The notes below the pieces were generated by a model. It was not told where the DNA came from. It saw only the letters and a program-made list of their open reading frames with translations, and ran no database searches. The position numbers were made by a program, and so were the translations under genes. Shown here piece after piece: positions 37,047-45,661 of a stretch of DNA of 64,000 bases (the first letter of the stretch is position 1; the number at the start of each line of letters is the position of its first letter). Where the stretch lies: positions 15,154 to 79,153 of the forward strand of contig JACRER010000079.1 of the NCBI GenBank assembly GCA_016234365.1, written 5' to 3'. The stretch comes from Elusimicrobiota bacterium (lineage in GTDB: Bacteria > Elusimicrobiota > Elusimicrobia > Elusimicrobiales > UBA9959).

Positions 37047-38174
37047 ATGAAAAAAACTTCCCTGTCCCTCGCCTGCCTTTTCTCTATACTCCCTTTTTCG
37101 CTCTCTCACGCTTCCGGCCTGGGCCTGCCCGGGGATCCCGCTTCCGTAGAGGTGCCTGCCGTGCAGGCCCCCGCGCCGGACCAGAACGCGATGATGAAGG
37201 AATATTTCGATTATTACTCCGCCCTCAAGGTCTACTCCAACGTGGCCTTCGTCTCTCCCCAGAACAGCCCCGCTTACCTGGAAGCCGCCGCCGCCGGGCA
37301 GTACCTGCGCTCCAGGCTCGAAAATGCGGGCGCGCGCCTCTCCAGCGAGGCCGGCGTTTCCCGGGAAACCCTCAGCCATATCAGCGACAGGCGCGGCGCC
37401 GCGGTTTCCTGGACCGTGCAGAGCGAGCTTAACGACGTCTTCGGTTTCAACGTGCCTGGCGGTATCCGCGGGGACGAGTCGCGCGGCGTGCCGATCAAGG
37501 CCGGCTACTGCCAGATCAACTACGTAAAGAACAACACCCCCTTCCTGGTCCAGTACGACGGTTTCCTTAATAAGGGCGAGGTCATCCTCACTTTCGACGA
37601 CGGCCCCGGCGCGCTGACCGAGGAGGTCTCCGCGGCCATGAAAGAGGGCAACGCCCCTTCCGTTTTCTTCGTGCTGGGCCGCAACATAACCGGCGAGACC
37701 GGCCGTGCCCGCATAAAGGCCGAGGCGGCCGACGGCCACTCGGTGGCGGTGCACGGCTATAACCACGCAGCGGCCGGCGACAAGCCTTTCACGGCCATGT
37801 CCACCGAGGAAGCCGTGAAGCAGCTGGGCGGCGTCAAAGGTTCCATAAAGGATACTACCGGCGCCGCGCCGAAACTTTTCAGGCCGCCCTACGGCATAAT
37901 CACCGTGGAGCAGCTGAAGGCCGCCGATTCCGAGCTGGGCCTGATCCCCGTCGGTTGGACCATAGATACCCTGGACTGGTCCACCAAGGACCCGGAAGCC
38001 CTTTTCCAGAATACCGTGAAGATGATACAGCAGCGCGGCAAAGGCATAGTGCTGATGCACGACATCCACGCGCAGAGCCGCACCGCTTCCAAGCGGCTGG
38101 TGGGTTGGCTGGCCGAGAACGGCTACAAGGTGGTTTCACCCGAGCGGATAGTGAAGGCTTACAGAGGGGAATAA
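37047..38174 (+). CDS. secreted polysaccharide deacetylase (CE4 / NodB domain)
   Basis: SD AAGGAG. Signal peptide. NodB motifs TFDDGP, HGYNH, FRPPYG, VLMHD. Confidence 0.85.
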   Translation: MKKTSLSLACLFSILPFSLSHASGLGLPGDPASVEVPAVQAPAPDQNAMMKEYFDYYSALKVYSNVAFVSPQNSPAYLEAAAAGQYLRSRLENAGARLSSEAGVSRETLSHISDRRGAAVSWTVQSELNDVFGFNVPGGIRGDESRGVPIKAGYCQINYVKNNTPFLVQYDGFLNKGEVILTFDDGPGALTEEVSAAMKEGNAPSVFFVLGRNITGETGRARIKAEAADGHSVAVHGYNHAAAGDKPFTAMSTEEAVKQLGGVKGSIKDTTGAAPKLFRPPYGIITVEQLKAADSELGLIPVGWTIDTLDWSTKDPEALFQNTVKMIQQRGKGIVLMHDIHAQSRTASKRLVGWLAENGYKVVSPERIVKAYRGE

Positions 38175-39167
38175 TTAGCGGGAATTTTCCAGTTCTTTGA
38201 CCCAGGCTTCGGCCTCGGCCATGGCGGCGTCCGACGAGGGCGCCGCTTTTCTTTTGAGCCCGTAGAGGACCCGCAGCAGGGCCAGGGCCGGGCGCGGCAG
38301 GAAACTGGCGGAGAGCAGCTTAAGGAAAACCGGTCCGCGCGAAGCGGCGAGGAAAAGATACTCCCGGGCCTTTCCGGGCTGGAGGTTCTTCAGGTATACC
38401 TCGGCCTGCTTCAGGTAGACATAGTCTTTCAGTTCGCGTCCGGCAGCCTCGGGCGGCGCGGCCGTTTCCAGGGCGGCGCGGAAATCCGCTATGCCGTCGT
38501 CCCACTTCAGCGTAAGGCTCGAAGGATTTGCCGAAAGCCCGTGGATGCGGTATACCGACAGCGGTTGGGCTATGAAGTCCGCCTCCCAGTCCCGCAGTAT
38601 CTTCACATAAAGTTCCATGTCCTCCAGGTGGCTAAGGTCCTGGCGGAACGGCCCGGTTTTTGCCAGGACCTCGCGTTTAAAGGCCACGTTGGTGGTGACG
38701 TAGGGCAGCCACTTGTCGGAGATGGCCATGTAGGGCGGCAGCTTGCCGCGAGGAACGGCTCGGCGTTCGTCGAAAAATTTGGAGGTGAGGCGTCCCTCGC
38801 GCAGGATGTAGCCGTTGGAGAAAATAAATCCCGCGGCCGGGTTGCGCCCGATCAGGTCCGCGAATTTTTCCAGCCGGCGCGGCAGCCACAGGTCGTCCGC
38901 GTCCAGGAACGTGATATAGTCCCCGGCTGCGCGCTCCATGGCGTAGTTGCGGCAGCCGCCCTGACGGCGGTTCTCTTCGAACCTGATGAAATTCCAGCCC
39001 TGCTTTCCCGCGAACTCTTTGAACACCTCCGGGGTGGCGTCCTTCGAACCGTCGTCGATTATGAAGGCCTCGTAATCCGTGAAAGTCTGCGCGGCCAGGC
39101 TTTTAAGCGTGAGGCGCAGCAGGTCCGCGCGGTTGTAGGAAGGGATTATTGCGGTGAAGAGCGGCAT
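38175..39167 (-). CDS. family 2 glycosyltransferase with helical C-terminal extension
   Basis: Start trimmed to MPLFTAIIPSYNRADLL...DDGSKD...LDADD. 2 nt after the stop of the upstream gene. Confidence 0.85.
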   Translation of the reverse strand: MPLFTAIIPSYNRADLLRLTLKSLAAQTFTDYEAFIIDDGSKDATPEVFKEFAGKQGWNFIRFEENRRQGGCRNYAMERAAGDYITFLDADDLWLPRRLEKFADLIGRNPAAGFIFSNGYILREGRLTSKFFDERRAVPRGKLPPYMAISDKWLPYVTTNVAFKREVLAKTGPFRQDLSHLEDMELYVKILRDWEADFIAQPLSVYRIHGLSANPSSLTLKWDDGIADFRAALETAAPPEAAGRELKDYVYLKQAEVYLKNLQPGKAREYLFLAASRGPVFLKLLSASFLPRPALALLRVLYGLKRKAAPSSDAAMAEAEAWVKELENSR

Positions 39168-39169
39168 TG

Positions 39170-40372
39170 TCAGCGGCTCCCGAGCCTGCCGCCCAGCAGG
39201 GCCAGCGCGCGCAGCGCCCCGCCGGCGAAGCCGCGCAGGAAAGCGGCGGGGCCGTAGCCGAACAGGCGCCCCGCCATGCCGGCGGCGCCGGAGAAATTGC
39301 CGCGCCGCAGCAGGGAGAACATGGTGAAGGCCAGGCAATTGACGGCCTTGGCTTTGAACGCGCCGCTAAGGAAGACCGGCAGGTCCGCCGGGTTGGCCAG
39401 GTCCTTGTCCGCCAGGGCGGCGGCCAGGGCTTGCGCGGTAGTTTTGGCGTAGGCCTCCGGAGTGTACTCCCTCATGGCCCTGGCGTGGGCGGCGGCCGCC
39501 ATGGCTTCCCGCTTGTCCGGGTTGGCCAGGTAGTAGCGCACCTTCTCCAGCAGTTCTTCCTTGCCGGAGAAGACGTCTATTTCGCGGCCCACTTCGAACA
39601 TCTCCCCGATGGCCGGGGAGCGCTCGGTAAGGCAGAAAGAACCCGCGATAGCTATTTCCCTTGGCCTGCCGGTGTTCTGGCGCACGCGGTTGAGGATGGG
39701 TTCGTCGCCGTTTATCCAGTCCGGATCGGCCAGCTGCGAAAAATTAAGTACTACCTTGCTGCGCGACTGGACGTCGTAGATCTTGTCGGGGGCGAGGTAG
39801 CCGTTGGCTGAACCGGCGCCGTAGACCACCGGCTTCAGGCCGTTGGCTTCGAGATGGCCGATATAGCCGCGGCGGCCTTTCTTGCGCATGTCGCCTACGA
39901 AGCAGACGTCTATGTCGCGGGCCTTGGCCGGAGGAGTTATTGCGTTAGGGACCACTATCTCCTGGCAGAGCACCGCCGGGATGCCCAGCCGCCGGTAGGC
40001 GTGAACGGCCAGGTGGTCCGCGGTTATCACCGCGTCGCCGGCCTGGGCGTAGTATTTGCAGTAGGAATCGAAATAGGTGGAATCGTCGGCGAACCAGAAG
40101 ACCACTTTTACGGAACTGCGCAGCGCCGCGAAGAATTCAGGCGATAACTGGAAGTCGGTGGAGAAGGGGCAGCAGATCAGGATGTCCGGGCGGTCGAGCC
40201 GCACCGCCCGGGTTATGGCCTCTTCGGCCGCGGCGGCGCCGAGGCCGTAGACCAGGTCGGCGTAATTTACCAGTTTCACCTCGCCGAAATGGGGCAGGAA
40301 CGGGTCGAAACGCCGCACGAACCCGTTGAGGTCCGTGGGGTAGAGGATGAGGATGTTCTTGCCTTGCGTCAT
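39170..40372 (-). CDS. CgeB-family glycosyltransferase-like protein (DUF3880 + Glyco_trans_1_2-like)
   Basis: VCFVGDMRKKGRRGYIGHL..., NRVRQNTGRPREIAIAGSFCLTE, ELLEKVRYYLANPDKREAMAAAAHARAMREYT match the CgeB-like pattern from memory. Confidence 0.6.
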   Translation of the reverse strand: MTQGKNILILYPTDLNGFVRRFDPFLPHFGEVKLVNYADLVYGLGAAAAEEAITRAVRLDRPDILICCPFSTDFQLSPEFFAALRSSVKVVFWFADDSTYFDSYCKYYAQAGDAVITADHLAVHAYRRLGIPAVLCQEIVVPNAITPPAKARDIDVCFVGDMRKKGRRGYIGHLEANGLKPVVYGAGSANGYLAPDKIYDVQSRSKVVLNFSQLADPDWINGDEPILNRVRQNTGRPREIAIAGSFCLTERSPAIGEMFEVGREIDVFSGKEELLEKVRYYLANPDKREAMAAAAHARAMREYTPEAYAKTTAQALAAALADKDLANPADLPVFLSGAFKAKAVNCLAFTMFSLLRRGNFSGAAGMAGRLFGYGPAAFLRGFAGGALRALALLGGRLGSR

Positions 40373-40378
40373 CGGGCC

Positions 40379-41701
40379 TCAGAGCAGCGGCCGCTTGCGT
40401 TTGTCGTAGTCGTCGTAAGCTTTCTGCTGGTACTTCATCAGATCTTCGTCCGAAACCTCGGACAGGTTGGCCGCCACGCGCTGGTAATAGGTGTAATCGC
40501 AGTAGTCGTCGGGGTCGTGGCCGGTCAGCAGGCCGCGCTCCACGGCCATCTCGTGCAGGCGGGTGCCAGGGTACGGGGTGGAGATCATGAACTTGGCCAC
40601 TTCGGAGTCCAGCTCGTTGGCGAAGTCCAGCGTGGCTTTGATGGACTCATGGGTGTCGCCGGGCAGCCCTACGATATAGCTGGTCACGCACGGCAGGCCG
40701 GCGTCCTTAAGGATGCGCACGGCCTTGCGGATCTGGTCCTTGGTCTCGCCCTTGCGGATCAGTTTGAGGATCTTCTCGTCCCCTGATTCCACGCCGATGG
40801 CCACCGCGAAACAGCCGGCGCGCTTGAGCGTGGCGGCCAGCTCCGCGTCCAGCGTGTCGGCGCGCGACTGGACGTAGAAACGGATCTTGAGGCCCTTCTT
40901 AATGAGCGTCTCGCAGATCTCGGTGGCGCGGCGCTTGTCTATGGTGAAAGTGTCGTCGTAGAACATGAACTCGCTGATGCCGAACTTGTTGACGAGCAGT
41001 TCTATCTCGGCGATGATATCCGCCGGCGGGCGCAGGCGCGTCTTGCGGCCCCAGATCACCTTCGAGGCGCAGAAGATGCAGTCGAACGGGCAGCCGCGGC
41101 CCAGGATCAGCCCGGCGTGCGCGCCCTTGAAGGTGGAGGGGTCGCGGTAGGCGTCCAGCTCCAGCAGGTCCCAGGCGGGCAGGGGCAGGGCGCCAAGGTC
41201 CTTCAGGAGCGGGCGCAGCGGGTTCACCACGGTGCGGCCGCCGGCCCGGTAGATCAGGTTCAGGATGGCGTCGGGGGATTTGCCGGCCTGCAGGGCGTTG
41301 AGCAGCTCCAGGAACGGCTCCTCGCCCTCTCCCGCCACCGCGTAGTCCACGCAGGCCTCGTCCAGGGCGCGCTTCGGGTCGCCGCTCACGTGCGGACCGC
41401 CGAAGACCACCGTGGTCCGCGGCGAGGCTTTCTTGCATTCGGCCGCTATTTTCAGCGCCGCCGGGTAGCGCGGCGTCAGGCAGGTAAAGCCCACCAGGTC
41501 GGGCTTGCTGTCCAGTATTTTCGCGGCCAGCTCCGCGGGGGTGCCGCCGTGTATGTCGAAATCTATGATGCTGACTTCGTGGCCGTGCGGGCGCACGTAG
41601 GCGGCCAGTATCGCCAGGTTGGTGGGGGTGCGGAAAACCTTCTGCTGCTCCCATTTGCCGGAGCGCTGGAAATTGGGCGGTTCGACCAGTACTATTTTCA
41701 T
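40379..41701 (-). CDS. B12-binding-domain (class B) radical SAM enzyme
   Basis: N-terminal cobalamin-binding-like Rossmann (KIVLVEPP...LAILAAYVRPHGHEV...DLVGFTC). CxxxCxxC as GCPFDCIFC. Confidence 0.85.
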   Translation of the reverse strand: MKIVLVEPPNFQRSGKWEQQKVFRTPTNLAILAAYVRPHGHEVSIIDFDIHGGTPAELAAKILDSKPDLVGFTCLTPRYPAALKIAAECKKASPRTTVVFGGPHVSGDPKRALDEACVDYAVAGEGEEPFLELLNALQAGKSPDAILNLIYRAGGRTVVNPLRPLLKDLGALPLPAWDLLELDAYRDPSTFKGAHAGLILGRGCPFDCIFCASKVIWGRKTRLRPPADIIAEIELLVNKFGISEFMFYDDTFTIDKRRATEICETLIKKGLKIRFYVQSRADTLDAELAATLKRAGCFAVAIGVESGDEKILKLIRKGETKDQIRKAVRILKDAGLPCVTSYIVGLPGDTHESIKATLDFANELDSEVAKFMISTPYPGTRLHEMAVERGLLTGHDPDDYCDYTYYQRVAANLSEVSDEDLMKYQQKAYDDYDKRKRPLL

Positions 41702-41722
41702 CTTAGCGGTGTCTCCCGGGCC

Positions 41723-42781
41723 TCAGAACGGGCCCTTGAATTCCTTGTAGAGGCGTTTTTTGTACTCGGCGGACGGCAGTTCCACGCCGTGGTCCTTCCT
41801 GCCTTTCGCCAGGCGGCAGATCGCGTCGGCGACGGTGCCCATGTCGGGGTAGAAGTGGTTCTCCAGCGTCTTGGCCGTGGGACAGGGCGAATGCGCCTGC
41901 GCTATTTCAATTATGGGGGCCTTCAGCAGGCCGGGGTCGGACGTGGCTACCAGGCGCGAAACTTCCGCGCAGACGCCGAACGGCGCCCAGCCCGCGTCGG
42001 CCACCACCAGGCGGCCGGTCTTGCGCAGGCTGGCGAGCAGCATTTTGGAATCCAGCCGCGTCAGGCAGTGCAGGTCTATGACTTCCGCCTCTATGCCGGC
42101 GCGTTCGCTGAGGAACTTGGCGGCGTTAACGGCGTCGGCCACCATCACGGAGGTGGCAGCCACGGTCACGTCTCGGCCTTCCCTGACCAGGCGCGAGGTG
42201 AAAGGGTCGGGCTGGGGCTTAAGGCCGTCCATGTTGAAGGAATAGTCGTAAAGCGAACGGTGCTCGAACGAGACCACGGGGAAGCGCGCCTTGGTGGCGG
42301 CGTACTCGTAGGTATCCAGCACGCTCTGCGCCGAGGCGGGCATCACCACGGTGAGGCCCGGCACGTGCGACAGCAGGGCCTGCAGGCTCTGGGAATGCTG
42401 GGCGCCCTGGCCCCAGCTGCGGCCTATCACGGCCCGGATCAGGAGCGGCAGTTCGAACAGCCCGCCGTACATGTATTTGTACTTGGCGATGGAGTTCACC
42501 AGCTGGTTCATGGCCAGCAGCATGAAATCCGCGCGGATATGGATATGGACGGGGTAGATGCCGTTGAGGGCCGCGCCCACGGCGAAACCGGTCATGGCGT
42601 CCTCGGAGAGCGGCGTGTCGAACACGCGGCCCGGCCCGAAATCCTTCTCGAGACCCAGCGTGGTGCCGAAGATGCCGGTGAAATCCGTGACGCCCAGGCC
42701 GTAGACCACCGCCGACGGGTTCTTCTCCAGCGCGCCGCGCATGGCCTGCGCCAGCGCCTCCCTGTAGGTCATGGTCTTCAT
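41723..42781 (-). CDS. ThDP-dependent dehydrogenase E1 beta-like subunit (transketolase Pyr and C-terminal domains)
   Basis: MTYREALAQAMRGALEKNPSAVVYGLGV...FDTPLSEDAMTGFAVGAAL...GAQHSQS. ATG at 42781 shares one nt with the alpha-subunit stop (TGATG). Confidence 0.85.
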   Translation of the reverse strand: MKTMTYREALAQAMRGALEKNPSAVVYGLGVTDFTGIFGTTLGLEKDFGPGRVFDTPLSEDAMTGFAVGAALNGIYPVHIHIRADFMLLAMNQLVNSIAKYKYMYGGLFELPLLIRAVIGRSWGQGAQHSQSLQALLSHVPGLTVVMPASAQSVLDTYEYAATKARFPVVSFEHRSLYDYSFNMDGLKPQPDPFTSRLVREGRDVTVAATSVMVADAVNAAKFLSERAGIEAEVIDLHCLTRLDSKMLLASLRKTGRLVVADAGWAPFGVCAEVSRLVATSDPGLLKAPIIEIAQAHSPCPTAKTLENHFYPDMGTVADAICRLAKGRKDHGVELPSAEYKKRLYKEFKGPF

Positions 42782-43704
42782 CAGCACACGTCCTTGAGCA
42801 CTTCGTCGCAGGAGGGGAAGGGCGAGCGCTCGGCAAAGTCCACGGCGGCCGCTATTTCCCTGTCCAGCTCCGACTTGAATTTAGCTATCAGCGTTTTGTC
42901 GGTGGCCAGCGGGTCGCGGGCCCGCCAGGCCTCGTACTCGGCCCTGTCGCGGTAGCCTTTGTCGAAATCCTGCGCCACTCCGACGTGCTGCATGTAGCGG
43001 TAGGCGCGGATCTCGTAGACCTCGGGGCCGCCGCCGGCGCGCACGCGGGCGGCTATGCGGCCCGCGGCCCCGGCCACGGCGGGCATGTCCAGCCCGTCTT
43101 TGGAAAGAGTGTAGGGTATGCCGTACGCCCCGGCTAGCTTTTCCAGCGAGAAAGCCTGCCGCGTCGCCAGGTGGGAGTGGATGGCGAGGCCGTTGTTCTC
43201 TATCACGAACAGGAGCGGCAGTTTTTTGAGCGCCGCGAAGTTGAGGCATTCGTGGAATACGCCTTCCTCGGTGGAGTCGTCGCCCGTCAGCGACACCACT
43301 ATCTCGCTGCGGCCGCGCAGCTGGAAGGCGTAGGCGGCGCCGAGCGCGTGGGAGAGCGTGGCCGCTACGATGGCCGAGGAGCCCATCAGGCCCGTCTCCG
43401 GCCAGCAAAGATGCATGGAGCCGGCCTTGCCCTTGGAGACTCCGGCCGCCTTGCCGTAAAGTTCGGCGAACATGCGCGGCATGTCGCCGCCCTTGGCCAG
43501 GTAGGCGGCGTGGCTGCGGTAAGTGGTGTAGAGCTGGTCGGTATCCGCCAGCGCGGCTATGAGCGCCGCCGTGTGCGGCTCCTGGCCTATGGACAGGTGC
43601 ACGGGGCTCTGGATCTTGTCGCTGGGGTAGATCTCGGCGATCTTTTCCTCGGCCAGGCGGATGCGCAGCGCCTGGCGGAACATTTCCTCGTAGGAGGTTT
43701 TCAT
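42781..43704 (-). CDS. ThDP-dependent dehydrogenase E1 alpha-like subunit
   Basis: Start trimmed to MKTSYEEMFRQALRIRLAEEKI. SPVHLSIGQE, YRSHAAYLAKGG, ThDP motif GDDSTEEGVFHECLNFAALKKLPLLFVIENN. ATGA overlap with the upstream gene. Confidence 0.85.
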   Translation of the reverse strand: MKTSYEEMFRQALRIRLAEEKIAEIYPSDKIQSPVHLSIGQEPHTAALIAALADTDQLYTTYRSHAAYLAKGGDMPRMFAELYGKAAGVSKGKAGSMHLCWPETGLMGSSAIVAATLSHALGAAYAFQLRGRSEIVVSLTGDDSTEEGVFHECLNFAALKKLPLLFVIENNGLAIHSHLATRQAFSLEKLAGAYGIPYTLSKDGLDMPAVAGAAGRIAARVRAGGGPEVYEIRAYRYMQHVGVAQDFDKGYRDRAEYEAWRARDPLATDKTLIAKFKSELDREIAAAVDFAERSPFPSCDEVLKDVC

Positions 43705-44693
43705 CTGCCGGCCTCCCGGGCGACTTCCGCCCGGCAGTGCTCCAGCAGGAAGGCCACGCTGTCCTTGAAGGAGTAGCGCGGCTTCCAGCCGGTCTGCCGC
43801 GCGAACTTGCGCACGTCCGGGATCTGGAGGGTCACGTCGGTGGGCCTGAAAAGTTTCGGGTCGGGCTTGGAGGGGACGGGGCACTTGGCCAGTTTCTTGA
43901 GCAGCGCCAGGAACTCGCCCACTTTTATGACGGTAGTGCCGCCGATGTTGTAGGCCTGGCCGAACTCACAGCGGTTCATGGCCGCCCAGTAGGACGCCAT
44001 GGCGTCGCGCACGTCTATGAGCGTGCGCGTGGAGTCCAGGTTGCCGTGCAGCAGCGTCTTCTGCAGGCCGGCCTCGATGCGGGCCACCTGCATGGCGAAC
44101 GACGTGGCGAACAGGTCCGCGCGGCGCGGGTTGAGGTAGGCGAACATGCGGGTGCGGATAACCTTCATGCCGTAGTTGGCGAAGTAGGTGTAGCCCAGCA
44201 GGTCCTGCGCCGCCTTGGAGACGGCGTACGGGCTGGCCGGGCGGAAGCGGCATTCCTCGGAGATCGGCACGTCCTTCTTTTCCACCTGGCCGTAGACCTC
44301 GGAGGTGCTGCACAGCTGTATTACCGGGTTGGCGCCGGAAGCGCGGACCGCTTCGAACAGGTTGGCCGTGCCCATGACGTTGTTGTTGAGCACCGCCAGC
44401 GGCGTGGCGAAGGAGGCGCGCACGTTGGCGTGGGAGGCGATATGGAAGATGCCGTCGGGGCGCACCGCGCGCACCGTGTCCAGCACGGACTTGAAATCCA
44501 GCAGGTCGCATTCGTGCAGGGTCACGCGGCCGCGGCACAGGGCGAGGTTCTTGCCCGAGGAAGTGCTGTGCCAGCGCGAGATGCCGTGGACGGCCGTGCC
44601 GGGGTGGTTGTCCGCTATATAGTCCGCCAGGTAGCTGCCGCCGGAGCCGGTGATGCCGGTGATTATGACCCGCTTGAATTTCCTGTTCTTCAT
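43701..44693 (-). CDS. NDP-sugar 4,6-dehydratase of the GDP-mannose dehydratase (Gmd) type
   Basis: ITGITGSGGSYLADYI, HIASHANVRASF, STSEVYG, PASPYAVSKAA, NLDSTRTLIDVRD parallel Gmd motifs. Confidence 0.75.
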   Translation of the reverse strand: MKNRKFKRVIITGITGSGGSYLADYIADNHPGTAVHGISRWHSTSSGKNLALCRGRVTLHECDLLDFKSVLDTVRAVRPDGIFHIASHANVRASFATPLAVLNNNVMGTANLFEAVRASGANPVIQLCSTSEVYGQVEKKDVPISEECRFRPASPYAVSKAAQDLLGYTYFANYGMKVIRTRMFAYLNPRRADLFATSFAMQVARIEAGLQKTLLHGNLDSTRTLIDVRDAMASYWAAMNRCEFGQAYNIGGTTVIKVGEFLALLKKLAKCPVPSKPDPKLFRPTDVTLQIPDVRKFARQTGWKPRYSFKDSVAFLLEHCRAEVAREAGR

Positions 44694-45631
44694 CAGACGT
44701 TCCCGTACCTGGAATTGCGCAGGATCGCGTAGCCTTTTATGAGCTCGTCGATGCCGTCGTCCAGGGAGTAGCCGGGGCGGAAGCCCGTCTTCTCTATCTT
44801 TTCGTTGGAAACTATGTAGTCGCGCTTGTCCACGTCCTCGCCTACCGGGGACTCCAGGTAGACGAACTTGGGCAGGTGCTCCTTGATCTTGGCGCAGAGC
44901 TGCAGTTTGGAGAGATTGGCCTGGCTCAGGCCCACGTTATAAGCCCCGCCGCGCATCTTGCCGAACTTGTTGAGCACGTGGGAGAAGGCCTTGGCCACGT
45001 CCATGATGTGTATGTAGTTGCGGCGGAAGTGGCCTTCGAAGATGATGACGAAGCGGTCGGTGACGGCCCGGTAGACGAAGTCGTTCACCAGCAGGTCCAG
45101 GCGCATGCGCGGCGACATGCCGAACACCGTGGCCAGGCGCAAGCTGACCGAATTTTCGCGGGCCAGTACGGCTTTCTCCGCGTCCACTTTTACGCGGCCG
45201 TAGAGGGAAATGGGGTTCAGGGGTGTCTTTTCGGTGCAGTACTTGTCTTTGGCGCCTATGCCGTAGCCGCTGTTGGTGGTGGGGTAAACTATGCGCTGCT
45301 CCCTGGCGGCGTTCCTGGCTATCCAGCGCACCGCCTCGAAGTTGACGGTTTTGGCGGCGGTGACGTCGTTGTCGCAGAGCGGGGCGCCTACCAGCGCCGC
45401 CAGCGGGATGACCACGTCCGCCTTTTTCAGCAGAGGTTTAACCTTGCGCGGGTCGCGCGCGTCGCCGCGCACCACGTTGAAGGCTTTGTTGCGGCAGCAG
45501 TCGGCCAGGGAATTCTGGCCGTACATGAAATTATCCAGCACGGTGACCCGGTGGCCCAGCGAAAGCAGCTGCGGTACCAGCACCGACCCAAGGTAACCGG
45601 CCCCGCCGGTTACGAGTATGTCCTGTCCCAT
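44693..45631 (-). CDS. NAD(P)-dependent sugar epimerase/reductase (extended SDR)
   Basis: VTGGAGYLGS Rossmann motif; YGRVK (YxxxK). 1-nt overlap with the downstream gene. Confidence 0.8.
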   Translation of the reverse strand: MGQDILVTGGAGYLGSVLVPQLLSLGHRVTVLDNFMYGQNSLADCCRNKAFNVVRGDARDPRKVKPLLKKADVVIPLAALVGAPLCDNDVTAAKTVNFEAVRWIARNAAREQRIVYPTTNSGYGIGAKDKYCTEKTPLNPISLYGRVKVDAEKAVLARENSVSLRLATVFGMSPRMRLDLLVNDFVYRAVTDRFVIIFEGHFRRNYIHIMDVAKAFSHVLNKFGKMRGGAYNVGLSQANLSKLQLCAKIKEHLPKFVYLESPVGEDVDKRDYIVSNEKIEKTGFRPGYSLDDGIDELIKGYAILRNSRYGNV

Positions 45632-45661
45632 TTTTATCTCCGTCGCGGCCCTCGCGGGCCG

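Noticed and set aside
38172-38177. Convergent deacetylase and GT2 genes abutting with zero spacer (TAATTA) as a possible regulatory oddity
   Set aside because: This is simply two stop codons back to back. No hairpin or repeat is associated, so it is noted only as tight packing.
39168-39338. N-terminal extensions in track ORFs (38175-39338, 42781-43884, 29829-30755, 30616-31464, 25686-27281, 55230-56828, 60889-63105, 47556-48581)
   Set aside because: The extended parts are Arg/Pro/Gly-rich, overlap the upstream gene, or begin at GTG/TTG. Internal ATGs line up with conserved family N-termini, signal peptides, SDs or ATGA couplings, so starts were trimmed.
38541-39811. + strand ORFs (38541-39257, 39167-39811) opposite the GT2 and CgeB-like genes
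   Set aside because: Antisense to genes with DxD/GT motifs; no motifs of their own.
41117-42955. 612-aa + strand ORF across the radical SAM and E1 beta genes
   Set aside because: The - strand frames carry the CxxxCxxC and transketolase-type motifs and are translationally coupled. The + ORF is low-complexity.
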